NCBI GenBank assembly: GCA_963820855.1
Contig: CAWGBY010000009.1
Location: forward strand, 400,034-464,033
DNA from: an uncultured Acidobacteriota bacterium
Lineage (GTDB): Bacteria; Acidobacteriota; Vicinamibacteria; Marinacidobacterales; SMYC01
Direction of reading: 5' to 3'
DNA: 64,000 bases
The notes under the pieces are model-generated. The model did not search any database. It was not told the DNA's origin and saw only the letters and a program-made list of their open reading frames with translations. This document shows, piece by piece, positions 45,802-56,195 of the stretch. Position numbers and translations under genes: made by a program. How positions within the stretch are numbered: the first letter of the stretch is position 1; every line of letters starts with the position of its first letter.

Positions 45802-46796
45802 TCAGCGCCGTCCGATGCGCACGTTCGAGAATATCGCGCCGATGCACGACTCGTTTCGAGACTCGTTGACGCCCATCTCGACGGTGTGCATCCGCGGCTC
45901 GTAGACGGGCGTATAGGTGACTTGCATCACCTCGATTCCGTTCACGAGAACGCGCGCCGTGTTGCGATCGGTTCCCGGTCCCCACTCGACGCGCCAGCGA
46001 TACCGCTGCGAAGGGTCCCAGTCGAGGAAGTTGTAGCCGGTATTGCGCTCGTCGCCGTCGGATATGAAACGCAGGCGGACGTAAGGCGGGTTGTGCTCGG
46101 TGTCGAGCTTCTGGATGTTGACCCGGAAAGGGTTCGTTCGGAACTCGCCGCTTCCGGGATCCCACATGGCGAACAGCATGTAGGCCTCTTCGTTCTCGTT
46201 CATCCGGCGAAGCCCGAGATTTTCCCATTCGACGAACCCGTTCGAGGTCGACGGAATCTCGTAGCGGATATATTCGTCGAGGTTGTTGATGCGCCATCCG
46301 TCGGGCGTGAACTCGCCGCCGCGCACGCTTCCCACCGAGGTCCCGTTGGTCAGTGGGTCCGAAATCAAGAGCGTCCCGCCGGTGACCCCTCGGCGTCGAC
46401 GTGAACCGGTCGTTCGCCGGAAAAGGGCCCGCTCGCCGAGCTCACTTGCGCCCTTGCGTGCCAGAAGTAGGTTCCGGGCGCGAGCGGAACGTTGACCCTC
46501 CACGACGTCTGACCCGAGCCGCCCTGCGCGACTCCCGTCTGCTCGGCGGCGATCGGGCTGTACGTGTCGCTCGCCGACACTTGAAAATGATAGGTGGGCG
46601 TGCTGCCGTCGCTCGGGGTGACGTTCGAGACGGTCAGGGTCGGCTGTTCGTCCACGAAGCTTCCGCTCGCGGGCGAGACGTGAACCGGGGCGGCGAGAGT
46701 CGGAGCGGGGCCGCTCGGCGAGTCGTCATCACCGCACCGCGCGAGACTGAACGCGAGCGCGAACACGAGCAGGCCAACGCCGATCTTAGGGACCAA
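45802..46796 (-). CDS. Putative lipoprotein with Ig/FN3-like and beta-sandwich domains (indel near 46390)
   Basis: Signal ending SLARC-GDDDSPSGP; SP..G..PTL..YHFQVS..YFWHARA Ig-like unit; Trp-rich beta C-terminal domain. Confidence 0.6.
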
Positions 46797-46872
46797 GCTT
46801 CATTCGTTCCTCCTGGATGGGTGTACGGGATGAGCCCCCGTGTGCAAGTCGAGTGCCAGTAAGAGATATGGT

Positions 46873-48419
46873 TCATCGGGGCCGTCCGGCAATGAGAAGC
46901 AAATCCCGCGGTTCACCGGAATCTTCGCTCGATGCGCGAAGCTCGACGAACGCGATGGTCCTTCTCGGCCATGGGTACTCCACCCGACGGCTCTCTCCAA
47001 TCGCGAGGATCTCCCGTCCGGCGGGTCTGCCTCCGATCCGCACTTCCACGACCGTATCTTCATGTCTCTCCTGGCGACGGTCGAGCGCGAACCTCGAGGG
47101 CAATGATTCCGTTGCGCACCCGCACGTTGTATCCGGCGCTTCCCCTCACGAGGGTCCGCCAGCCCCTGGGCCGGTGCTGCCAACGAATGCCGTAGTCGGG
47201 CCAGCCCTCGAGCGACCTCGGAACCTGCGGAATGACGACCAAGGCGGCCGCGAGCGACGCCGCTCCCGCGAGGGCCATCGCCCGAGGTCGAAGCGCGCGC
47301 ACACCTTCGATCGCGGCGACGCTCGCGAGCACGATCAGGTGGGGCTCGAAAGGGGTCCGCAGGCGTGGTCCCGCGAAGCCGCCGAGCGCCACGAGCGCCA
47401 GGTTGAGACCGATCCATGACCCGCAGAGGAAGCTCGCGTCCCTCCGCTCGGCGCGCGCGATACCGAAAGGCGCTAGAAGCAAAGAGAGAACGAAGGCGCC
47501 GTCGTTGAAGAGATGAGCGGCGATCTTCCAGAGCGACAGCGAAGGTTCGGTCGCGGGCCCCGATGTAGGTCTGGAGGAGACGCCCTCCGTTCACGTGCAG
47601 TACCGAACGAAGCGAGCCGTAGAGCTCCTCGACAAAACGGAGAGGACCTCCCGCGGTGGATCGGAGGAGCGCGGTGAGAGTCGCTCCCGCTCCCGCGCTG
47701 TCGCCGGAATCGGGGTCCTCCTTCAGAAGAATGATGCCGCCGTGGTTCTCGATCAACGTGGGCTCGCCCAGGTGCCTCGAGAGCGCGGCGCTGTAGGGAA
47801 GGACGACGGCCGCGAAGCCGAGGACCAACGCCGGCGCGCGACGCACGCGGAAGGCGATGAGGAACGGCAAGAAGTAGAGCGGCATGGAACGGGTGAGCGC
47901 CGCGAGACCGAATACGGCGCCCGCGAGGCCGAACGCTCGATGACTCTCCGCGCGGAGATAGAGAACGAAGGCGAGGAGCAGGAGCGGGACGTAGAGAGTC
48001 TCCTGGTAGAACCAGGCGGTGATGACGGACGAAAACCAGACGGCGGAGACCGCGGCGGCGAGAAGGCCGACCCTCACCGAGTGGACGAGCCTTCCGAGCT
48101 CGTAGACCAGCCCAATCGAAGCGACTCCGAGGACGAGCTGCCCCACCTGGGCCGCAACGGCCATGTTGGAGAAGATCGCGAACAGAGAGAGGAAAATCGG
48201 ATAGAGGGGAGGAAGGAAGAAGTAGCGGCCCGCCCATTCGTATCGGACCGCGCGGAACGTCCAATCCCAGCCGTCTCGAGTGAGGAGCTTCGCCCCCATC
48301 AGGTAGTGATCGGGGTCCGGCCAGTCGAACCGAGGGTCGAGCGCGAGCGGGATCAGATAGAAGAGACGGAGCGCCAAAGCGCCCAGCAGAATCGCGCCGA
48401 GCAGGTTCCTCGCGGCCAA
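46873..48419 (-). CDS. GT-C (ArnT/PMT-like) membrane glycosyltransferase (indels near 47530, 47485, 47100)
   Basis: ALRL..PDPDHY, PPLYP.FL, QETLY, AALTR, RLR.PFEP motifs with many TM helices. Confidence 0.72.
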
Positions 48420-48436
48420 CGGGCCGAATGATACCG

Positions 48437-49168
48437 TTAACGCCCGATCTTTACCGGCCAGTCGGAGTCGCGCTCGACGCCGAATTCCTTCCGCAGCGCC
48501 TCGATGCGGCCCTCTCGCTCCAGAGCGTCGAGAGCTTCATCGAAGGCACTCTTGAGATCCGTGTGCTTGCGCGGCAAGACGAACGCGTACTCCTCGCGCG
48601 CGACCGGCTCCTCGAGAACGCGGAGGCGACCTTGTGAGGCGCGGGCCGCGCGGACCGCTCCGAACTCGTCGAGGATGAGGGCGTCGACCTTGCCGGCCTC
48701 GAGCGCCGGGATTCCCGCCTCGCCCTTGCCGAGAGCGACCGCCTCGACGCCGGAAAGCCCCGCCAGGGCTCGGGCCGAGGTTCCCTCACCCGAAGCGCCG
48801 ACTCGCCGGCCCGAGAAATCGGCGAGAGTCTCGGGCTCGTCGTCTCCGGCGCGCACCAGAGCGGCCTGGCAGGTCTCGAAATAGGGTTTCGTGAAGAGAT
48901 AGAGCTTCTCGCGCTCCGGGGTGATGCCGGTCGTGGCGGCCACGAGGTGATGTCTCGAAGCCGCGAGGCCCGGGAGCAATTCGTCGTACGGAAGCACCAA
49001 CACCTGCGGCACGAAGCCTTCACGCTGCACGACGAGGCGCGCGAGCTCGATCTCGAACCCCGTCGCCTCTTTCGATTCGCCGACGAAATGAAACGGCGGA
49101 AAGGTGGCGTCGGTCGCGATGCGAAGGGAAGGCTGGAGCGCGCCGAGGAGCATCAGCAGTTGTAGCAA
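48437..49168 (-). CDS. Polar amino acid ABC-type substrate-binding protein (family 3)
   Basis: ATDATFPPF, GFEIEL, GITPER..FTKPYF, GKVDA; AGGAG RBS before TTG. Confidence 0.88.
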   Translation of the reverse strand: MLQLLMLLGALQPSLRIATDATFPPFHFVGESKEATGFEIELARLVVQREGFVPQVLVLPYDELLPGLAASRHHLVAATTGITPEREKLYLFTKPYFETCQAALVRAGDDEPETLADFSGRRVGASGEGTSARALAGLSGVEAVALGKGEAGIPALEAGKVDALILDEFGAVRAARASQGRLRVLEEPVAREEYAFVLPRKHTDLKSAFDEALDALEREGRIEALRKEFGVERDSDWPVKIGR

Positions 49169-49233
49169 GTCGTATCTCCTTTGGCGCCATTGTAGCTCTT
49201 GACGCGGAGGTGGACCGCCTCTACCCTCCCGCC

Positions 49234-50381
49234 ATGCACGCTCTCGTTTCTCTTCTTCTCGCTGCCCAGGTCTCCGCCGCCGAGGCGATGGCCCGGATCG
49301 AAGCTGCCCAGAGTCCCAACCGGCAAGGCTACGATCCGTTCACGCTCCAGGAGATCCTGGACAAGTACGACGTCCCCGGTCTCAGCATCGCCGTGATCCG
49401 CGACTTCGAGATTCACTGGGCGAAGGGATACGGCTCCGGGACGTCGAGAGCGGGGAGCCGGTCGAGAACGACACGCTCTTCCAGGCGGCGTCGATCAGCA
49501 AGCCCGTCGCGGCGATGGCGGTGCTGAAGGCGGTCGAGGAGGGAAAGCTCTCGCTCGACGACGACATCAACAAGATTCTGAAATCGTGGAAGCTCCCGGT
49601 CGAGGGCTTTACCGACGGCGGTCCGGTCACACCGAGATCTCTTCTGAGCCACACTTCCGGCATGGGAGACGGGTTCGGCTTCCCCGGCTACCATCCTTCG
49701 GCGCCTCTTCCCACCGTCCCGCAGATCCTCGACGGCCAGAGTCCTTCGAACGTCGGCGCCGTGCGGATGGAGCGCGCGCCCTTCACCGGCATGAAGTATT
49801 CGGGCGGCGGAACCACCATCATGCAGCTCGCGCTCGTCGATGCGGTGGGAAAGCCTTTCCCCGAGATCCTCGCGGAATGGGTGCTCGGGCCCATCGGCAT
49901 GACCGTGAGCGCGTACGAGCAGCCGCTCGGGCCGGAGAGGGACCGGAAAGCCGCCCGGGCCCACGACGGACAGGGCAAATCGATGGATGCGAAGTGGCAC
50001 GTCTACCCCGAGCTCGAAGCGGCGGGTCTCTGGACGAGCGCGGTCGATCTCGCGAAATTCGCGATCGAGGTCCAGAAATCTCTCCGGAACGAATCGAACC
50101 GCGTTCTGAAGCGGGAGACCATGCGGGAGATGCTGGAGCCGGTGGGCGTTGGGGAGTTCGCGGTCGGTTTCGAGATCGAGAAGCTGGGAGAAGGATGGTA
50201 CTTCGGTCACAGCGGGGGCAACTGGGGCTTCCGCTGCGACCTCCGCGCGCACAAAGTGAAGGGCTACGGCGTCGCGATCATGACCAACGGCGACAATGGA
50301 ACTCCCGTCATCCGTGAGCTCCGGGAGCGAGTCGCGCGCGCGTACGACTGGGATTCTCTCGACAAGCCGATCGTTCGCTGA
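49234..50381 (+). CDS. Serine hydrolase, beta-lactamase class C-like family (indel near 49435)
   Basis: VPGLSIAVI, FQAASISK (SxxK), LLSHTSG, YSGGG, AAGLW, GHSG. Confidence 0.88.
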
Positions 50382-50429
50382 GTGATTCGGGGCGGCTCAC
50401 GGCGGACGGCGAGCAGCAGGCCCGCCGAA

Positions 50430-51254
50430 TCAAGGAGCCCGGGGAATGAACGGCCGGGACTCGACCCCGGACGATCGGACGATGAGCGCGGTGCGCTGTG
50501 GGATCTCGTTCCATGCCGCGGCCAGGTTTCCCAGAGGCTCGGAAACGACGGCGCGGGCATCCCGCGCGAAGACCCGGGAAAGCGCCGGATTGATTCGGTA
50601 GAGGTCGTCCATCTCGCGACTGTGGAAGAGCGTTGGAGCGTCGCCGTCGGTCGCGTAGCGCACGGCATAGAGCGTCTCGCCATCGCTGTATCCGAGGGTC
50701 ATCCAGAGCGGGTCGGAAACCCCCGTCCTTCTTGCCGCCGTCTCGACGAAGCCCGCCATCTTTTCCGCGGCCCCGATCGGGTCCTGGTCGAGGCCGAAGG
50801 ACAGCATCAGGTAGAACATCACTTCCGAATCCGTGGTGCCGTTGATGTGCGGAAAGAGCTCGGGGTCGACGGCGAACAGGAGCTCGCGGCGGATCTTCTC
50901 GATTCCGTGGATCTCTCCGTTGTGGACGAAGAGCCACCGGCCCTTGCGAAAGGGATGACAGTTCGATTCCTGGACCGCCGCTTGAGATGCCGCGCGAACG
51001 TGCGCGAGGAAGAGCGGCGACTCGATGATCGAGCAGATCTCCCGCAGGTTGAAATCGTTCCACGCCGGGCGAATGCTCCGGAAGAGCGTCGGGCGTCCCC
51101 GCGGGTCGTACCACCCCACCCCGAAGCCGTCGCCGTTGGTCACGGTGTCCGCCGCCTTCGCGCTCATGCTCTGGTCGATGAGCGAATGCCTGGGCTTGAA
51201 CAGGAGCTCGTCGAGGAGCACGGGAGAGCCCGAATAGGCGAGCCAACGGCACAT
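50430..51254 (-). CDS. Class II glutamine amidotransferase (EgtC/YafJ-like)
   Basis: N-terminal MCR nucleophile, NGDGFGVGWY, AHVRAA, NCHPF, HNG, GTTDSE, SEPL. Confidence 0.92.
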   Translation of the reverse strand: MCRWLAYSGSPVLLDELLFKPRHSLIDQSMSAKAADTVTNGDGFGVGWYDPRGRPTLFRSIRPAWNDFNLREICSIIESPLFLAHVRAASQAAVQESNCHPFRKGRWLFVHNGEIHGIEKIRRELLFAVDPELFPHINGTTDSEVMFYLMLSFGLDQDPIGAAEKMAGFVETAARRTGVSDPLWMTLGYSDGETLYAVRYATDGDAPTLFHSREMDDLYRINPALSRVFARDARAVVSEPLGNLAAAWNEIPQRTALIVRSSGVESRPFIPRAP

Positions 51255-51315
51255 GGATGGACCTCCTGAACTCGACCGGGAGTGGCCTCTGAACAGGATA
51301 CCAGGAGCCTCGCGC

Positions 51316-51972
51316 TCAGGAGAGGAGGTCGACGAGCGCCTGCTGCTTCGCGTCTCGCGCGATTTCGAGCGCGTTTCGTCCGTCGGCCGCCCTCGCGCCC
51401 GGGTCCGCTCCCCGGGCGAGGAGGAGCTTCGCGAGCTCGAGCTGGCCGGTCATGGCCGCCGCGTGCAGCAGAGTGAGCCCCGCCTGCTGAACGGCGTTCA
51501 CGTTCGCTCCCGCCTCGATCAAGAGGCGCGTGATTCCGATACCTCCTTCGACGCTCGCGTGGATCGCGGCGACTTTCAGCGCGTTCTTCGCCGCGAGGTC
51601 GACGTTCGCTCCGCGCGCGAGGAGAAGCCGCACCGCCGCTTCGCGTCCGAAGAAGGAGGCGAGTCCGAGAGGGAAGAACCCGTCCTGGGCGTAGGCATCG
51701 ACCAGCGCCGGTTCTTCGTCGAGGATGGCTTCGAGCCGAGCGACCTGTCCGAAGGCCGCGGCCTCGAAAACGTCGAGAGGCTCGAGCGCTTCCTTGAGGC
51801 CGATGAGAAACTCCGCGGTCTCTCGCTTTCGGTGATAGAGGGCGAGGAGAGGCGCGGAGACGCCGCTCTCGTTTCTCGCCGCGGCGAGTGAGGGGGACTC
51901 TTCGACGAGAGCTTTCACGCGATCCGGATCTTCTCTGGTTATGGCGGTCAGAAACTCTTCCTTCGAGACCAT
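51316..51972 (-). CDS. Ankyrin repeat protein
   Basis: Repeats GFFPLGLA..G...VRLLLARGANVD, LLIEAGANVN, LLHAAA..G..LLLARGADP. Confidence 0.92.
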   Translation of the reverse strand: MVSKEEFLTAITREDPDRVKALVEESPSLAAARNESGVSAPLLALYHRKRETAEFLIGLKEALEPLDVFEAAAFGQVARLEAILDEEPALVDAYAQDGFFPLGLASFFGREAAVRLLLARGANVDLAAKNALKVAAIHASVEGGIGITRLLIEAGANVNAVQQAGLTLLHAAAMTGQLELAKLLLARGADPGARAADGRNALEIARDAKQQALVDLLS

Positions 51973-51974
51973 GG

Positions 51975-53243
51975 TCAGGATTCCTTTCGCGTGAGGAGCC
52001 GGGCGGCCTCCTCGGAAGCGACGTCGAGAGCCGTCGCCCCCGATTCGTCTCGCGCAGTAACGGAAGCTCCTCTCTCGAGGAGCAGTGAAACGATTTCCAG
52101 AAACCCGTAAGCGGCGGCGTAATGGAGGGCGCTCCAGCCGGCGCGGGGGAAGCCCTTTCCGCCGCGCCTCGCGGATACGTCGGCGCCACTTCCGATCAGA
52201 ATCTTCGCGGCCTCGAGGCGGCGCCCGAAAAGCGCCGCGATGAGAGGGGTCACCTCGATGGGATGCTTCGATACGACGTTCACGCTGGCGCCGCGGTCGA
52301 GGAGGAGACGAATCGCGTCCGCATGCCCGAAGTGCGCCGCGAGCGCGAGGGCGGTGAATCCCTCACCCGAGAACGAATCGACGAGCCCGGGCGTCTCGTC
52401 CAGGATCGAAAGAAGGCGCTCCGTGTCGCCGATGGCGGCGGCTTCGTGGAGGTCGACCGGGCCCGAGGCTTCCCGAAGGAGTGCTCCGAGCTCCTGGTGT
52501 CCGTTCGCGGCCGCAAGGATGAGTGCGGTGTTCCCCATGATGTCCCGGCCGTGTCGGAGGCGCGGATTGGAAAGAAGCAGGGACCGGACCCGCGCGGTGT
52601 CTCCCGTCCGCGCCGCGTGAAGGATCTCGACGACGCCGTGCGCGAACCGCGAGTCCCGCGAAGGCCGGCGGCTCCTGAGACCGTCGGCGAGCTCGTCGGT
52701 CAGGATCTCGCGGAGCTTTTCTCTGCCGTCGTAGAGGCGCTTCTTGATCGTTCCCACGGGCGCGTTCAAGAAAGCCGATAGCTCCGCGAGCGAGTGGCCG
52801 CTCATGTAATGAAGCACCAGGACCGCCCGCTGTTTTTCAGGAATCTGGTGGAGCGCATCGGTCAACCGATCCGTCATCTCGTTCCTCTCGGCGATGTCCT
52901 CGGGGGAGGGCGCATTCGATCGGGTCTCGGAAACTTCCTCGAAGGACACCATTCGGGGCGAGCGCTTGCGGGTGCGCCGGTCGCAGTGCTTGAAAACGAT
53001 GCGTCGAAGCCAGCTGGGGAAAGCGAGCGGCTCCCGCAGATCGCCGAGATGTCGATAGGCGTCGAGGAACGCCTCCTGGGCGGCGTCTTCGGCGAGGTGG
53101 AAGTCTCCGAGGATCGAGTACCCGTAGCCGACCGCCATATCCTGAAAGCTCGACACCAGCTCCGAGAAGGCGAGCGGCTCGCCTTCTTTCACGCGCGCAA
53201 TGGCTTCCGTGAAGGGCGGATTCGAGGACGGGAGTGGGCTCAT
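51975..53243 (-). CDS. ECF sigma factor fused to C-terminal ankyrin repeats
   Basis: AEDAAQEAF, FPSWLRRIV, GTIKKRLYDGR; then GNTALILAA, GFTALALAA, TPLIAA, GWSALHYAA, GATALDVA in one uninterrupted ORF. Confidence 0.93.
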   Translation of the reverse strand: MSPLPSSNPPFTEAIARVKEGEPLAFSELVSSFQDMAVGYGYSILGDFHLAEDAAQEAFLDAYRHLGDLREPLAFPSWLRRIVFKHCDRRTRKRSPRMVSFEEVSETRSNAPSPEDIAERNEMTDRLTDALHQIPEKQRAVLVLHYMSGHSLAELSAFLNAPVGTIKKRLYDGREKLREILTDELADGLRSRRPSRDSRFAHGVVEILHAARTGDTARVRSLLLSNPRLRHGRDIMGNTALILAAANGHQELGALLREASGPVDLHEAAAIGDTERLLSILDETPGLVDSFSGEGFTALALAAHFGHADAIRLLLDRGASVNVVSKHPIEVTPLIAALFGRRLEAAKILIGSGADVSARRGGKGFPRAGWSALHYAAAYGFLEIVSLLLERGASVTARDESGATALDVASEEAARLLTRKES

Positions 53244-53261
53244 CTTCGCTCTCGATGGTAA

Positions 53262-53289
53262 AGACCCTCGCCGGCCGGAGAAGGTTACC
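53262..53289 (-). promoter_or_regulatory. ECF-type promoter, probably autoregulatory
   Basis: Minus strand GGTAACC-N17-GTCT ending 19 bp before the sigma ATG; fits the AAC...GTC ECF pattern. Confidence 0.6.
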
Positions 53290-53460
53290 CGACTCCGGGG
53301 GGGTGGGGCGGACCGGTTTTGGATTTGACAACCGGGTGAGTTTGATCGAGCATGGAGCGTCTGGCCATCCGATGGTTTTCGTAGAATCCTTTCAGCTGGT
53401 GACTTCCACCAACTTCCGTTAGCCCTCGCCTAGGCCGTTTCGTGTAGGAGTATCGTTTCC

Positions 53461-53763
53461 ATGGCTAAGATTTACGTCGGCAATTGTTCTTTTGACGTCA
53501 CCGAGCAGCAGCTCCGCGACGTCTTTTCGGCTTACGGCGAGGTGAACAGCGTCAGCGTCATCACCGACCGGGACACCGGACGCCCCCGCGGGTTCGCCTT
53601 CGTCGAAATGGCGGATGCCTCGGCTGCTCAGGCGGCCATCCGCGGCGTCAACGGCACCGAGCTCGGCGGCCGGACCCTCAACGTCAACGAAGCCCGGCCC
53701 AAGGCCAATGGCGGCGGCGGCGGCGGTGGCGGTCGTGGCGGCGGCGGCGGCCGTCGCTGGTAA
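53461..53763 (+). CDS. RRM RNA-binding protein with Gly-rich tail
   Basis: RNP2 IYVGN, RNP1 RGFAFVEM, GRTLNVNEARP, GGG-rich C-terminus; AGGAG RBS. Confidence 0.96.
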   Translation: MAKIYVGNCSFDVTEQQLRDVFSAYGEVNSVSVITDRDTGRPRGFAFVEMADASAAQAAIRGVNGTELGGRTLNVNEARPKANGGGGGGGGRGGGGGRRW

Positions 53764-53781
53764 TTTCGTCAACGTAGTCTG

Positions 53782-53829
53782 CGCGATCCCCGCACTTCGC
53801 AAGTCGGAGTGCGGGGATTCCGCGTTTTT
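53782..53829 (+). terminator. Intrinsic terminator
   Basis: ATCCCCGCACT / AGTGCGGGGAT stem followed by a T-run, between convergent genes. Confidence 0.8.
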
Positions 53830-55641
53830 ACCAGCTTCCCCCGCCTCCTCCTCCGAAACCCCCTCCACTTCCGCCGCCGCCGCCGAACCCGCTCGAGCCG
53901 CGGCCGGCGCCGAACGAAATTCCGCCAAGGTGCCGCTCGGGCGCGGCTGCCGAGGTCAATGTCGAGCCCATGGAGTGCATGCTTCGCCCGAGGTCGGAAA
54001 CGAGAGACCGCGAGTCGAAGCGACCCGGCGTGAGCGACGCCGAGCGATACCACGCGGGAGGCTCGGTCAGGAGTCCCTCGAAGCGCTCCGCCCATTCGTC
54101 GGCGCACCCCAGGACCACGGCGTAGGGTAGAACGCGCTCGAAGAGCGTCGGGTCCTCTTTCGACATCCGTTCGAGCCGGTCCTTCTCCACGCGGGTCACG
54201 AACTCCTGAAAGCCGAGACAGTACCGGGCGAGTCGCGCGCCCTTCGCGGTCTTCGCCGGCATGGCGCTCGCGAAGAGACGAATGGCGAGCATCGTCAGAA
54301 CGAGGCAGACGCCGGTGAACACGAAGAAGACGCCGGGCTCGGGGGGAAGGAAGGACCTCACCCGGCCCGAGCTGAGGAGAAAGATGCCGAGGAAAACGGG
54401 AACGACGGCGGCGGCTCCAGCGACCGTGCGATAGAACTTCCGGACCTTCTCGGGGTCGCGGGGGAAGAGTCCCTCGCCGAGCATCTGCCGCGAGATTGCG
54501 CTTTTGATCGACGGAATCGAGCGGTAGAAATTGTTCTTCAGGCTCGACAGGAGCACGGAGTCGCCCGTCGCGAAGAGCCCGTTGTAGAACGCTCGCTCAT
54601 GGGCCTTCAGGTCGTCATCCGCCGGCTTCCGCTTCTCGAAGCGGTAGTCCTTGTTGGTGAGGAAGAGCAACCGGGTGGTCTCTTCCTCCTGGATGGTCAG
54701 GTACCCGCGGACCGCGAGATCGATCGCCGTCGAGACGATGTCCGGTGTGTCGATGCGCTCGTCGAGGAGGCTCCCCACTTCCGCGGGTGAGAGATCCTCG
54801 GGAGGCTCGTACTCGACGACGATCGGCGTACGGCGGCCCGGGTCGCGGCCGAAGCGAAGGTAACAGGAAGAGCATGGCGACGAACGCGAGGATGGGCACC
54901 AGTGCCACGAGAAAGAAGGCGGCGTTGTCGGAGAGCTTCCACCAGAGCTCGCGCGACTGCCGAGGGAGGCTCGAGAACGCCTTTCGGAAAACCGAGCACG
55001 AAGGTAAGGCCCTCGCCGGGCCCGAGGCCGGCCATTTCCGCTTCGTACGTCTTCGCGCTCACCCGCTCCGTCGCTACCGTTGTCTGCGAGCCGAAGACGC
55101 CGGTGAACGTCTTGTGGCGCAAATCCTCGGTGCGAACCTCGACCGGAAGGTGGACGCGCACCTTCGTCTGGAGGATGGGCCAGTCCCACTCCGTTCCCGT
55201 CACGTTCCAGTAGAGCTCGTCGTGCGCTTCGAACCAGTTGATGGCGCGCTGGACGCGGTATGTGATCATGTACGTCTGCTTTCCCGTCACCGTCCGGTCG
55301 GGGTCTCCGATTCGGATGAAGACGCTCCGATCTTCGGGCCAGGTCGTGTATCGAAGAGGCCTCCCCTCGCCATCGACGACGCCGAGGACCCGCAGCCGGA
55401 TCGTGTACCTCGTGCCCACGGAGAGCCCGGCCACGGTTTCCGTTCGCGCGTAGCTCACGGGAATGGTTCGGAAGATGCCGTGCTTCTGCTGGTCGAAGAA
55501 ATCGACCTGGATGGTCTCGGTCACGAAGAGCGTGCCGTCCGGGTCGAGGAGGATGGAAACGTCGAACTCATCGATCTGGCTCGCACTCGCGCCTACGGCC
55601 GCGATCAGAAAAGCCGCGAAGAGAAGCGAGATTCTCGCCAC
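53828..55641 (-). CDS. DUF2207 membrane protein (indels near 54955 and 54860)
   Basis: V.ETI..F..HGIFR.IP, ELYWNVTG.EW, EGLT, DLAVRGYL, LPYAVVLG..W, C-terminal GFGGGG.GGG.GGGGGGSW; adjacent to lemA. Confidence 0.88.
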
Positions 55642-55643
55642 GT

Positions 55644-56189
55644 TCAGAGCCGCACGCTCACGGCGTCACGTTCGGAGGCGTCGGCCTGGAAGAAAGAGCG
55701 TGTCTGGAAGCCGAGGAAGCCGGCGAGAAGGTTCGAGGGAAAGACTTCCTGCTTGGTATTGAAATCGCGCACCACCGCGTTGTAGTAGCGGCGCGCGTTC
55801 GCGATGTCATCCTCGATCGCCGAGAGATCCCGCTGGAGCCCGAGAAAGCCTTCGTTGGCCTTGAGGTCCGGATAGGACTCCGCGAGGGCGAAGAGCCCCC
55901 GGAGGCTCTGGGTCAGAGCGGTTTCCGCCGTCGCCCTCGCCGGGGTCGATGCCGCATCCATCGCCTGGTTACGCGCCCGAACGACTCGTTCCAGCGTCTC
56001 CTGCTCGTGCCGCGCGTAGCCTTTGACGGTCTCGACCAGATTGGGAACGAGGTCGTGTCTCTTCTTGAGATGAACGTCGACGTCGCTCCATGCGTTGTCA
56101 CTGGTGTTGCGCAGACGGATGAGGCCGTTGAAGAGCACCACCACCCAGATGCCAACGGCGAGAACCGCGACCAGACCCACGGCCCACAT
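55644..56189 (-). CDS. lemA: LemA family protein
   Basis: NAWSDVDV.LKKRHDLVPNLVETVKGY, ESYPDLKAN, RRYYN, FPSNL. Confidence 0.95.
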   Translation of the reverse strand: MWAVGLVAVLAVGIWVVVLFNGLIRLRNTSDNAWSDVDVHLKKRHDLVPNLVETVKGYARHEQETLERVVRARNQAMDAASTPARATAETALTQSLRGLFALAESYPDLKANEGFLGLQRDLSAIEDDIANARRYYNAVVRDFNTKQEVFPSNLLAGFLGFQTRSFFQADASERDAVSVRL

Positions 56190-56195
56190 CTCCCG

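Noticed and set aside
49234-50381. Antibiotic-resistance beta-lactamase
   Set aside because: YSG rather than YxN and HSG rather than KTG indicate the broad serine hydrolase/peptidase family; resistance is not supportable.
50430-51254. Ergothioneine pathway (egtC)
   Set aside because: No egtB/egtD neighbours, so only the family-level call is kept.
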